A stretch of 64,000 bases of DNA, taken from positions 160,001-224,000 of the forward strand of contig JAVJQW010000011.1 of the NCBI GenBank assembly GCA_040218735.1. The letters are read 5' to 3'. Origin of the DNA: Deltaproteobacteria bacterium (GTDB lineage: Bacteria; Myxococcota; Kuafuiibacteriia; Kuafuiibacteriales; Kuafuiibacteriaceae). The notes under the pieces are model-generated. The model had not been told where the DNA came from. It did not search any database and saw only the letters and a list, made by a program, of their open reading frames with translations. Position numbers and translations under genes: made by a program. Shown here one piece after another: positions 50,669 to 59,784 of this stretch. Position 1 is the stretch's first letter. Each line of letters starts with the position of its first letter.

Positions 50669-51571
50669 TCAGAAGTCTGCGATGCGCTCCACGAGCTGCG
50701 GCTGATCGACGAACGGGTTGCGGTTGTTCTGGTGGGTCGCGATGCGTCCGTTGCGCGCGCGCTCCCCGTCGGACGGCGGATCTTCACAGTGCCACCGGCG
50801 CAAGGTGCCTTCCTCCCCCGCGGGGATCGGGAGCTCGTACCGAACCGCGAAGTAGAAGTGCGCCCGTGCGATGTCGCCGCGTGTCTCGGCGCGCACCTCG
50901 AAGACCTCCGTCCTCGCGTCTTCGCCCGGGCCGAGGTGTGAGCCTCCGCCGCTCCAGGTGCACGCCGCCTCGCCAGCGTCTCCGCACGCGACGTCGCCGA
51001 ATTCGTGGACGCCGCGCGTCCCGTTCGCGTGGGCGATTGCCGGGAAGAGGTGGTGGAGGTCGCCCTCCGCGGGGAAGTTCTCGGCGCCGTCGCTGCGCGG
51101 CCAGCTGTGCTCGGTGGTGATGATGTCCTGGCCCATTCCGGGTGAGCGGGTCCCGTCGGCTTCGACCTGTTGGGCGGTGTAGACGCAGGTGACGAGGTTG
51201 TCCTCGTCGACGTCGACGCTCCCGGTGATGCCGTACATCAGGTTGCGCGCGGCGTCGTAGCCGAAGCCTCGCGCGCCGTCCGTCACGAGGTCGTGCAGCG
51301 CGGCGCGGAGGGCGGCGCCTTCCAGCTCGAGGGCATCCGCGTAGAGCGCGTCCTCGGCGGTCGTGTCGAACGTGCAGGGGTCGGGCCGCGGCCCACCGTC
51401 GCGTGCGCCGGCGTCGTGGGGACCGGCGTCGTGCGGACCGGCGTCGGGGGTGCCGGCGTCCGAGGCACCGCCGTCGCGTTCCGTCGTCGGCTCCGGCGGG
51501 TCCTCGATGCCGCTGCACGACACCAGCGCGAAGGCCGCGAGCACGAGGAACGATGACGAGCCGCGGGTCAC
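50669..51571 (-). CDS. Endonuclease I family secreted nuclease lipoprotein
   Basis: LVSC lipobox, DAG repeats, EHSWPRS, DLHHLFP, RGDIARAHFYFAVRY, NRNPFVD. Confidence 0.9.
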   Translation of the reverse strand: MTRGSSSFLVLAAFALVSCSGIEDPPEPTTERDGGASDAGTPDAGPHDAGPHDAGARDGGPRPDPCTFDTTAEDALYADALELEGAALRAALHDLVTDGARGFGYDAARNLMYGITGSVDVDEDNLVTCVYTAQQVEADGTRSPGMGQDIITTEHSWPRSDGAENFPAEGDLHHLFPAIAHANGTRGVHEFGDVACGDAGEAACTWSGGGSHLGPGEDARTEVFEVRAETRGDIARAHFYFAVRYELPIPAGEEGTLRRWHCEDPPSDGERARNGRIATHQNNRNPFVDQPQLVERIADF

Positions 51572-51632
51572 CGTTTGTCGGTACGTCGTCGCGCCCCTCC
51601 TCCGCAAGCGAGCTCGGGGTGACGCGGAAACA

Positions 51633-52571
51633 CTACCGGCGCTCACCGACCCAGTTGGCGGAGAACTTCGGCTCGAACGCGGGGAGCACGGTGATCTTGC
51701 CTTCGAACTCCGCGTCGCTCGAGAGCCGGTCGGCGACGCCGTCGTCGTCGTCGTCGATCAGCGTGACCTTGCCGCCGAGCTCTACGCCGCTGTCGAGGCG
51801 CGCCGCGCCCAGCGCAAACTGCCCCACGGTGTCGCGGACGAACTCACACGCGTTCGTCAACGCGCCGGCCGAGATGCTCACCGTCTGCCCGGCGACCGAG
51901 ATGTCGACGCTGCCGTCGCCGCCCGTCACCTCGTCCACGATCGCCTGACACGGCACCGCGTTCTGAATCGTGACTTCGAGCGAGGAGGCGTTCTTGCCGA
52001 ACAGGTGCGCGGTCACCGCGAGGACGAACTCACCGTAGTGGACCTGCAGCACGTAGTCGTCGAGCTCGACGCGGTCTTCTTCCTCGCGGTCGCCTTCGAT
52101 CTCCGCGGCGATCTTCACGTCGCTCGGGAGCAGATCGTCGCGCCACTCGAAGCGGTTCTCGCCGGGGATGGCGAGCATGGTGAGTTTCTCGGTGCCCTCG
52201 ACGTCGTCTGTGAAGACCAGCTCGGTCTCGACCTCGACGGCGCCGAGCGCCTCGCGGAGACCGACGACGACTTCGCCGTCTTCCTTGAGATCGTCGGGGA
52301 GCTGGCTGTCGATCGCGAGCTGGATGGGCGGCTTGAGGAGCGGGGTCGCGACGTCGATCGCCGCCCCCTCGATGAACCCTGGGGCGGCGAGGCTGATGGA
52401 CTCCGTGATGATGAGCTCGGCGAGCGCGCCGCCGATGCCGCCTCGACCGAAGGGCTCGCTGATGTCCCAGACGGCCGTGGTGTCGTACGTACCTTCGAGT
52501 TGGATGTCGCTGCCGCAGGCGGTGGTCGCGGCGGAACCGAGCAGGAGGGCGACGAGAGGGAGCTTCTTCAT
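51633..52571 (-). CDS. Hypothetical lipoprotein
   Basis: MKKLPLVALLLGSAATTAC; acidic; DDDDDGVAD motif. Confidence 0.72.
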   Translation of the reverse strand: MKKLPLVALLLGSAATTACGSDIQLEGTYDTTAVWDISEPFGRGGIGGALAELIITESISLAAPGFIEGAAIDVATPLLKPPIQLAIDSQLPDDLKEDGEVVVGLREALGAVEVETELVFTDDVEGTEKLTMLAIPGENRFEWRDDLLPSDVKIAAEIEGDREEEDRVELDDYVLQVHYGEFVLAVTAHLFGKNASSLEVTIQNAVPCQAIVDEVTGGDGSVDISVAGQTVSISAGALTNACEFVRDTVGQFALGAARLDSGVELGGKVTLIDDDDDGVADRLSSDAEFEGKITVLPAFEPKFSANWVGERR

Positions 52572-52585
52572 GCGGCGGCGATGAT

Positions 52586-52601
52586 TGCAGCCCGTGTGCC
52601 A
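52586..52601 (-). promoter_or_regulatory. Sigma54 (-24/-12) promoter candidate
   Basis: TGGCACACGGGCTGCA = GG-N10-GC just upstream of the 52571 start. Confidence 0.55.
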
Positions 52602-52703
52602 CGCAAAAAGCCACCTCACCGACCGCTTCGCGTGTCGACGTAGCGCCACACCGTCGCTCCACCACCCCTTCGCGTGACCGAATCGGCGTGACGGCGGCGA
52701 CAC

Positions 52704-53774
52704 TCAGGGCCGCAGCAACGCAAACGCCCGCAGGAAGTTCTCGCCGAGCACCTTGCGAATACGTGGCTCGGACCACTTCCGATCCAGCATCGCCTGCACT
52801 AACCGTGGATAGCTGTCCCCGGAGCGGAGTTCCTTCGGCGGGATGATCGCGCCGTCGTAGTCACTCCCGATCGACACGAAGTCTTCGCCGACCACGTCGA
52901 TCACGTGCTGCATGTGCTCAACGATCATCTGTCCGTCGCGATGCCCGTGATCACCTTCGAGGAAGAACGCGGAGAAGATGATGCCAACGGTGCCGCCCGT
53001 GTCGGCGATCGCCTTCAACTGACGATCGTCGAGGTTGCGCCAATGCGGCTTGGCGCCGACGACCCCGGTGTGCGTATCGATCAACGGGCGCGTACGATCG
53101 TGTGCATCGACGGCGTCCCAGAACCCATCCGGGTGCACGTGCGCGAGATCCACGAACACGCGCGCTTCGTCGAGCTGCTCCACGAACCGACGCCCGCGCT
53201 CCGTCAGCCCCTTCGACCGACGCAACGAGGACATCGGCGAAGACGTCGTCCCGAGCACCGAGTTCGTCAGGTGCACGACGGTCACTCGGGTGATCTCGCG
53301 GTCCGGCACGGACAGCACACCGTCCGGCGCCGCGTCGAAACAGTTGCCGCCCTGCACCGCCAACATACACGCGTGGGCGTTCGCGGAGCGCGCGGCGGCG
53401 TACTCACTCCGCGTCCGCGCGAGCTTCATCATCCCGTCGGACGACGCGATCAGCGCGTGCATCCGCGCGAGGTTCTTCTCGAACGTCTTCCACCGCCCCG
53501 CCGCCGTGCGAAACGGGTTCGTCGTGATGGACCACATGCCGCCGGTCAGCCCCGCGTCCGCGGCGCGCGGGAGGTCGAGGTGCCCGAACGCGTGACCACG
53601 CAACCACGTCTGCGCGTGGCGCGTGAAGGGGTCGTAGCCGACGAGGCGCACCGGGATGAACGTGTCGAGGTGAAGGTCGATGACCTCCGCGTCGCGGGTG
53701 AGCTGAACGGCCTCGGTCGAGATGCCGAGGCGGGCCGCGACCCCGTTCACGTCCTGGTTCTGCTCGAACGCCAT
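52704..53774 (-). CDS. Membrane dipeptidase (peptidase M19)
   Basis: IDLHLD, VDLAH, DTHTG, RNLDD, IGSDYDG, KVLGENFLR. Confidence 0.9.
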   Translation of the reverse strand: MAFEQNQDVNGVAARLGISTEAVQLTRDAEVIDLHLDTFIPVRLVGYDPFTRHAQTWLRGHAFGHLDLPRAADAGLTGGMWSITTNPFRTAAGRWKTFEKNLARMHALIASSDGMMKLARTRSEYAAARSANAHACMLAVQGGNCFDAAPDGVLSVPDREITRVTVVHLTNSVLGTTSSPMSSLRRSKGLTERGRRFVEQLDEARVFVDLAHVHPDGFWDAVDAHDRTRPLIDTHTGVVGAKPHWRNLDDRQLKAIADTGGTVGIIFSAFFLEGDHGHRDGQMIVEHMQHVIDVVGEDFVSIGSDYDGAIIPPKELRSGDSYPRLVQAMLDRKWSEPRIRKVLGENFLRAFALLRP

Positions 53775-53864
53775 CGCGGAGCGGGCATACCGTCCGTTGG
53801 CAGTACCCGTCCACGGCGTTGACACCGCGGACGACGTTCGGGCGCCCAGGCCCGCGTTCGGCTC

Positions 53865-53880
53865 CGGCACGGACCGTGCT
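53865..53880 (+). promoter_or_regulatory. Sigma54 (-24/-12) promoter candidate
   Basis: CGGCACGGACCGTGCT = GG-N10-GC ahead of the operon that encodes an NtrC-type activator. Confidence 0.5.
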
Positions 53881-53892
53881 GAAGGAGCCTCC

Positions 53893-54495
53893 ATGACACT
53901 CGACCTCTACGACGGATTCCTCGAAGTGGGCCGCGCCATCCGCCGGCCCGAAACGCTCGCCGAACGCTGGCGGGACCGCGCGCTGCTGCCCGAGGACGCC
54001 CCTCCGCTCGGGGTCTTCGTCGCGCTCACGCTCACCGCGATCCTGGGGCTCGCCGCCTACGGGCTCACGATGGGCATGCACCACGGCGCCGGCGGGATGC
54101 TCGCCGCCGCGGGGAAGGCGCCCCTCGCCGCGGGGGCCGGGTGGTCGATCGCCCTCCCCTCGCTCTACATCGTGAAGCAGAAGCTCGGCTCGCGCCTCGA
54201 CGCGAGCACCACCGCGCTCGCCGCACTCATCACCTGCAGCTTCGGCGCGCTCGCGATGCTCGCGGGGGCTCCGGTGAGTTGGTTCTTCACCGTCGCCGTC
54301 CCGGTCTCGTTCGTTCGTTACCTCGTCAACTTCATCATCTTCGCGGGCGTCGGCGTGGCGATGACCGACGTCTTCCTCCGCGTCATGAAACACATCGCGC
54401 CGGATGAGAGCCGCGCCACCGCGTTCCTGTGGCTCGGCCTCGTCGGAACCCTCGGCGCCGAGCTCATGGTGCTGCTCGACCTCTTCGACTTCTGA
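53893..54495 (+). CDS. Hypothetical membrane protein (Yip1-like fold?)
   Basis: RBS AAGGAG; about 5 TM; SIALPSLY. Confidence 0.72.
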   Translation: MTLDLYDGFLEVGRAIRRPETLAERWRDRALLPEDAPPLGVFVALTLTAILGLAAYGLTMGMHHGAGGMLAAAGKAPLAAGAGWSIALPSLYIVKQKLGSRLDASTTALAALITCSFGALAMLAGAPVSWFFTVAVPVSFVRYLVNFIIFAGVGVAMTDVFLRVMKHIAPDESRATAFLWLGLVGTLGAELMVLLDLFDF

Positions 54496-54511
54496 GCAAG
54501 GAGAATCAGCG

Positions 54512-55192
54512 ATGACTACCGAAACCCAAGTCCCCGGAATGTTCGACCTCGTCCTCTCGGACCAAGCGCGCCTCGATCGCCTGATGCTCGACGACAGCCG
54601 CGTCATCACCGTCATCGAGCAGCTCCTCGCCCTCTCCGTGCTCGGCCTCGTCCTCACGGGCGTAGCCGTCGGCGTCGCCGCCGAAGCCATCGACATCTCG
54701 AGCTACCACCCGCTCGCCGCGCTGTCCCGCGGCACCGCGGTGCTGTGGATGCCGCTGACCGCCGTCGCCGCGTTCCTCGGTGCGCTCTCGATCTGCCTCC
54801 CGAGCTTCTACTTCTATACCCAGCTCGCCGGCATCGACGCTTCGTTCCGCCTCGTCACGGCGCAGGCGCTCCGCGCGCAGGCCACGACTTCGGTGTTGCT
54901 CCTCGCGGCGCTCCCGGTGTTCCTCGCGCTCGCCCTCGCCAACGTCGCCGTCGACGTGGCGAGCGGATCTGGCGTGCTTTGGGTCGGCTTGCTCCTCCCG
55001 TTCGTGCTGGGGCTCTTCGGGATCAGCAGCGTCTACCGGAGCTTCTCGCGGCTGGTGCTCAGGCTCCCGAAGACCCATGCGCGCCGCGGTAAGTTCGTGC
55101 GACGCCTCGTCCTCGCGTGGGGCGCCGTTTACACCTTCGTCGCGCCGGTCGCGATGTTCCGCATCGGCCAGGCGCTCAGTGAGTTGCTGTGA
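54512..55192 (+). CDS. Hypothetical membrane protein, distant paralog of upstream gene
   Basis: RBS AAGGAG; about 5 TM; SICLPSFY. Confidence 0.72.
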   Translation: MTTETQVPGMFDLVLSDQARLDRLMLDDSRVITVIEQLLALSVLGLVLTGVAVGVAAEAIDISSYHPLAALSRGTAVLWMPLTAVAAFLGALSICLPSFYFYTQLAGIDASFRLVTAQALRAQATTSVLLLAALPVFLALALANVAVDVASGSGVLWVGLLLPFVLGLFGISSVYRSFSRLVLRLPKTHARRGKFVRRLVLAWGAVYTFVAPVAMFRIGQALSELL

Positions 55193-55848
55193 TGGGTGCG
55201 ACGGGAACGTTACTCATCTACGTCGTCGTCGGTCTCACCGTCGCGGCGTGGACGTGGATGGCGCGCCGCCACTCGGGCCCCTGGGCGCACGGCGTGGCGA
55301 CGCTCGCCGCGCTCGTCTTCTGGCCGGTGTTCCTGCCATTTGCGTTCGGTCGGGCGTCCCCGAGCGGCGCCGGGGAGCGAGGCTCGCGGTTCGACCAGCG
55401 CATCCGCGAAGGTGAGCTGCGGCTGGAGCGTGCGCTCGCGTCCCTGGAGGGCGTCGCCGAGAACCTGCTCGCGCCGCAGCGCGCGCACGTCGCGAAGCTG
55501 TCCGACGGGCTCCGGGCCATCGCGCGACGCGCAGAGGACATGGAGCAGCTCCTCTCGACGCCGGAGTTCGACCGGCGCCGCGCCGAGGCGCTCCTGTCGT
55601 CCACGGACGACGACGCTTACGCCGAGCGGCTGCGTCGGCGCCTCGACAACGTGGTGCGGCTGGAGACGATGCACGACGACGCCGTCCGTGACCTCGAACG
55701 CGCGCTCCTGCAGGTAGAGGAGATCGGCTCCAAGATGGTGCTCCTGCGCTTCGCCGAGGACCCGGACCACGAGGCGCTTCGCCTGCTCGAGGAGCTCTCC
55801 CTGACCGTCGAAGGGGCCACGGAGGGCCTCGCGCTGACGACACCGTGA
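55189..55848 (+). CDS. Membrane-anchored coiled-coil protein
   Basis: Two N-terminal TM helices then long helical region; coupled to neighbours. Confidence 0.68.
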   Translation: MMGATGTLLIYVVVGLTVAAWTWMARRHSGPWAHGVATLAALVFWPVFLPFAFGRASPSGAGERGSRFDQRIREGELRLERALASLEGVAENLLAPQRAHVAKLSDGLRAIARRAEDMEQLLSTPEFDRRRAEALLSSTDDDAYAERLRRRLDNVVRLETMHDDAVRDLERALLQVEEIGSKMVLLRFAEDPDHEALRLLEELSLTVEGATEGLALTTP

Positions 55849-57521
55849 CACCCACCGAACCCACCGCTACGCTCGCTCCCGCCAACGCGATGCGCTCCCT
55901 GTACGCCTACAGCCTCGTGCCGGTGCTCTCCGTATCGCTGTTGCTGTTCCTCACCGCGGTGCGACGCGGGCGGGGGGCGTTCGGGCTCGCGGCGTTCGCG
56001 CTGACGGTCTGTGCGTGGTCGTTTTCGTTGTTCACGATCTGGATCCCGCCGCTCGCGGACCTCGGGGAACGGTTCGCGGCGATCGGTGCGTTCATCTCCG
56101 CTGGTTACCTGCACGCGGCGTACGACGTGACGCGGCAGCGCTCCTACCGCCTCGTGGTGTTCGCCTACGGCGTGGCGGCGGCGATCACCGCGGCGGGTGT
56201 GCTGCGCCCCGGGCTCCTCTACGGACCGCGGGCGATGGTGACGGGGCCGATGTTCTGGCCGTCGATGGCCCTCTCGGTGACCGCTGCCCTCGTCCCGCTG
56301 GTCCACCTCTACCGACGCTACCGCGAAGTCGACGTCGCCGAACGCGCGTCGCTGAGGTGGATCGGCGTCGCGGGGGTGCTGACCTACACGGGCGGGTTAT
56401 CGAACGCCGTACTCCTCTCCCACGGTTATCCTCTCCCCTACAGTATGTTCTTCGTCCTGGGTGGGTTGCTGGTCGTCGGCCACGTACTCAGAAGTCATGA
56501 GCCACGCCACGAGCGTCGCCTCCTGGAACGAAGCCTTCTGTACTCAGCGGTCGCCGCCTTTCTCTCGGCCGGATTTCTCTTCGGTGTAGTCACATTATTG
56601 CAGGGTTCCGATGAGCCATTTCTCGGCCAGTATCGAATTGGCGCTCTGTTTCTATTGTTCATGGCCGCGCTCGCCTTCGAACCCATTCGGCAACAACTCA
56701 CCGAGGTCGTAGGACGCAGCGTCGTGAAGAACCGCGCGCCCGCCACCGCGGTCGCGAAGGGCCTCGTGGAGCAGGAGGCCCGCGCCGAGCACGCGCAGCG
56801 TCTGGCGGAGATCGGCGCCCTCGCCTCCGCGGTTGCCCACGAAGTTCGCAACCCGCTCGGGGTCCTCTCCGCGCACCTGAAGCTCCTCGAACGCAAGGAC
56901 GTCGACCCCGACACGGTGGCGTCGATGCGCGAGCAGATTCAGCGCGCGTCCGTGTTCGTCGACGACCTCCTAACCTACGGACGCCCGCGCCCGCTGGAGC
57001 TGCGGTTGTTCGATCTCGTCGCGACGGTTCACCTCGCGACGTCGACCGCGAAGCAAGGGTCGCCGTTCGACACCGACGAGATCACATTCGACGTCGAAGC
57101 CTCGGCCGACGAGCTCCTCGTCGAAGCCGACCAGGCGCAGATTGCGCAGCTGTTCGTGGTGCTCTTCGACAACGCGATCGCCGCCGTTCACGATCGCGAC
57201 GGGCCCCAGCGCGTGATCACCCGATGCCGCAGCGCGGGTGATCGGCTCGTCGTCGAAGTGGAGGACACCGGCTCGGGCGTGCCGGATGCCGTGGTTTCGC
57301 GCCTGTTCGAGCCGTTCGTCACCAGCCGCAAACGTGAAGGGCCGCGCCCGGGGACCGGGCTGGGCCTCGCGATCGCCAAGAAGATCGTCGAGCGCCACCA
57401 CGGGCGGATCACGCTGGCGGAGGGCGCGCTCGGCGGGGCGTGCTTCGAGATTCACCTCCCGAAGGTCCAGGCCGTGCTTGCGTCCAGCGCCGAAGATGGC
57501 GGACAAGAGCGGCGCCCGTGA
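55845..57521 (+). CDS. Multi-TM sensor histidine kinase
   Basis: AHEVRNPL, DNAIAA, DTGSG, FEPF, GTGLGL. Confidence 0.92.
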   Translation: MTPTEPTATLAPANAMRSLYAYSLVPVLSVSLLLFLTAVRRGRGAFGLAAFALTVCAWSFSLFTIWIPPLADLGERFAAIGAFISAGYLHAAYDVTRQRSYRLVVFAYGVAAAITAAGVLRPGLLYGPRAMVTGPMFWPSMALSVTAALVPLVHLYRRYREVDVAERASLRWIGVAGVLTYTGGLSNAVLLSHGYPLPYSMFFVLGGLLVVGHVLRSHEPRHERRLLERSLLYSAVAAFLSAGFLFGVVTLLQGSDEPFLGQYRIGALFLLFMAALAFEPIRQQLTEVVGRSVVKNRAPATAVAKGLVEQEARAEHAQRLAEIGALASAVAHEVRNPLGVLSAHLKLLERKDVDPDTVASMREQIQRASVFVDDLLTYGRPRPLELRLFDLVATVHLATSTAKQGSPFDTDEITFDVEASADELLVEADQAQIAQLFVVLFDNAIAAVHDRDGPQRVITRCRSAGDRLVVEVEDTGSGVPDAVVSRLFEPFVTSRKREGPRPGTGLGLAIAKKIVERHHGRITLAEGALGGACFEIHLPKVQAVLASSAEDGGQERRP

Positions 57522-58897
57522 GCAGCCCCGAGCGTTCCCTCCTCCTCGTCGAAGACGACGCCGCGTTCCGCAAGGTCTACGGCGCGCTCCTCTCGGACGC
57601 GGGTTACGACGTCCACGAAGCCGCCGACCGCTCCACCGCGTCGGCCGCGCTGGCGGCGACGCGCTTCCCGGTGGTGCTCCTCGACCTGATGCTCCCGCCC
57701 GACGGCACCGTGGAGGGTGGCCTCGCGCAGCTCGCCGAGGTCACGTCGGCGTGGCCGATGACGAAGGTGATCGTCGCGTCGGGCGCCGGCGACACACAGA
57801 ACCTGCTCCAAGCGATCCGGGGCGGCGCCTATGACTTCCTCACCAAACCCATCGACCCGGACGTGCTCCTGATCGTCGTCGAACGCGCGATGACCAAGTT
57901 CAAGCTGGAGCAACGCGTCGAGTTGCTCCAGTCCGAGCTCGCCGAGAAGAACCCATCCGTGACGATGGTCGGTGAGAGCGCCTCGTTCAAACGCTGTGTT
58001 TCGATCGCCGAGCGCGTCGCGTCGAGTAACCTACCCGTCCTACTCACCGGGGAGAACGGCACCGGAAAAGAACTCATGGCGCGGACGGTCCATGACAGGA
58101 GTCGCCGCGCGAAAGAGAAGTTCGTCGCGATCAATTGTGGCGCGCTCCCCGAAAACCTCGCGGAGTCGATGTTGTTCGGACACGTGAAGGGCGCGTTCAC
58201 CGGCGCGGCGCGCGACCACGCCGGCCTGTTCGCCGAGGCGGACGGCGGCACGCTCTTCCTGGACGAGGTCGGTGACATGCCCCCGCTGCTCCAGGTCAAG
58301 GTGCTCCGCGCGCTCGAGTCGGGTGAAATCCTCCCGGTGGGTGCCAACGAATCCACGAACGTCGACGTGAGACTCGTGTCCGCGACCAACCGCGACCTGG
58401 ATCAGGCCCAGGCCGACGGAACGTTCCGCGAAGATCTCTACTGGCGCCTCAAGGGCGCGGAGATCGAGCTCCCACCGCTGCGGGAGCGCCTCGACGACAT
58501 CCCGCTCCTCGCGCGTCACTTCCTCAACCAGGCGGCGCACCTCGGGGCGGACCAGCGGGCGAAGCGCCTGTCGAAGGGCGGCGAAGAGGCCCTACTCGCG
58601 CACACCTGGCCCGGCAACCTGCGCGAGCTGAAACACGAGATGCAGCGCGCGACGGTGATGGCCGGCGACGAAGCGGAGATCGCGGCCGAGGATCTCTCGT
58701 TCATCCAGAAGCGAAGGCGTCATGTGGGCGCCACGGATCCGAAGACACTCTCCGACAAGATCGAAGCGCTGGAGCGGCAGGAGATCCGCGCAGCGCTCGC
58801 CGCGCACGACGACAACCGAACACACGCCGCGGCGGCGCTCGGGCTGTCGCGGCAAGGGCTGCTCAAGAAGATCGAGCGCTACGGAATCGAATCATGA
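57518..58897 (+). CDS. Sigma54-dependent response regulator (NtrC family)
   Basis: Receiver, GENGTGKE, GAFTGA, FLDEVG, WPGNLREL, Fis-type HTH. Confidence 0.95.
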   Translation: MSSPERSLLLVEDDAAFRKVYGALLSDAGYDVHEAADRSTASAALAATRFPVVLLDLMLPPDGTVEGGLAQLAEVTSAWPMTKVIVASGAGDTQNLLQAIRGGAYDFLTKPIDPDVLLIVVERAMTKFKLEQRVELLQSELAEKNPSVTMVGESASFKRCVSIAERVASSNLPVLLTGENGTGKELMARTVHDRSRRAKEKFVAINCGALPENLAESMLFGHVKGAFTGAARDHAGLFAEADGGTLFLDEVGDMPPLLQVKVLRALESGEILPVGANESTNVDVRLVSATNRDLDQAQADGTFREDLYWRLKGAEIELPPLRERLDDIPLLARHFLNQAAHLGADQRAKRLSKGGEEALLAHTWPGNLRELKHEMQRATVMAGDEAEIAAEDLSFIQKRRRHVGATDPKTLSDKIEALERQEIRAALAAHDDNRTHAAAALGLSRQGLLKKIERYGIES

Positions 58898-59676
58898 CCG
58901 ACCTGGACCGACGAAGAGACGTCGCCCTCGCCGTCGCCGCGGAAGCCGGCGCGCTCGCGCTCGAGTATCAGCGTGACCCTGCGTCACTCGTCGTGGACGC
59001 CAAGGGCCCGCAGGACTGGGTGACGATCGCGGACCGCGAGGTGGAGCGCCTCGTCCGCCGACGCCTCACCGATGCCTTCGCCGGCGACGCCGTGATGGGC
59101 GAGGAGGACGGCGGCCAGGTCGCCGATCAACTCTGGGTCGTCGACCCGATCGACGGCACCACCAACTTCCTCCGCGGGCTGCCGGAGTACGCGGTGTCGA
59201 TCGCCTATGTGGAAAGCGGCGTCGTCGAGCTCGGCGTCATCTTTGCCCCCGCGCTCGGACACACCTGGGTCGCGCAGCGCGGTCAGGGCGCGACCTGCGA
59301 CGGCCGCGCGATTCGGGTGCGCGGCGGCGCCAAGATCGAAGAGGCCGTCATCACCGTGGGTTTCGACTTCAAACAGGGGGTCGAACCGTTCCTCGGGTGC
59401 CTGGAGCGCATCCTGCGCTCGGGCGCGGCGTTCCGGCGGTTCGGCGCCGCGACGATCGGGCTCGTATCGGTGGCGTCGGGGCACGTCGACGCGTTCTGGC
59501 AGATGCGCCTCAACCCCTGGGACGTCCTGGCGGGGCTGCTGATCGTGCAGGAGGCGGGGGGTCGCACCAACGACTTCCTGGCGGACGGGGGCCTCGAGCA
59601 CGGCAACCCCACCCTCGCCTGCGCCCCCGGCGTCGCGGACGCCATCGCAGACCTCGTCGGCATCCCGCTGATGTGA
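58894..59676 (+). CDS. Inositol monophosphatase family protein
   Basis: GEE, WVVDPIDGTTNF, PWDVLAG..IVQEAGG. Confidence 0.92.
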   Translation: MTDLDRRRDVALAVAAEAGALALEYQRDPASLVVDAKGPQDWVTIADREVERLVRRRLTDAFAGDAVMGEEDGGQVADQLWVVDPIDGTTNFLRGLPEYAVSIAYVESGVVELGVIFAPALGHTWVAQRGQGATCDGRAIRVRGGAKIEEAVITVGFDFKQGVEPFLGCLERILRSGAAFRRFGAATIGLVSVASGHVDAFWQMRLNPWDVLAGLLIVQEAGGRTNDFLADGGLEHGNPTLACAPGVADAIADLVGIPLM

Positions 59677-59784
59677 CGGTCGAAGCCGAACGATCCAGGC
59701 GACACATCGTCGGTGTTGGACGACGCTCGCGCCCCGGGCGAGCCCCGCGTGGGGTGGCATCCGACTTGCTCCTCCGATCGACCG

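Noticed and set aside
50200-51480. Short repeats as a CRISPR array
   Set aside because: They are in-frame coding linker repeats (39-bp and DAG units) with no unique spacers or cas genes.
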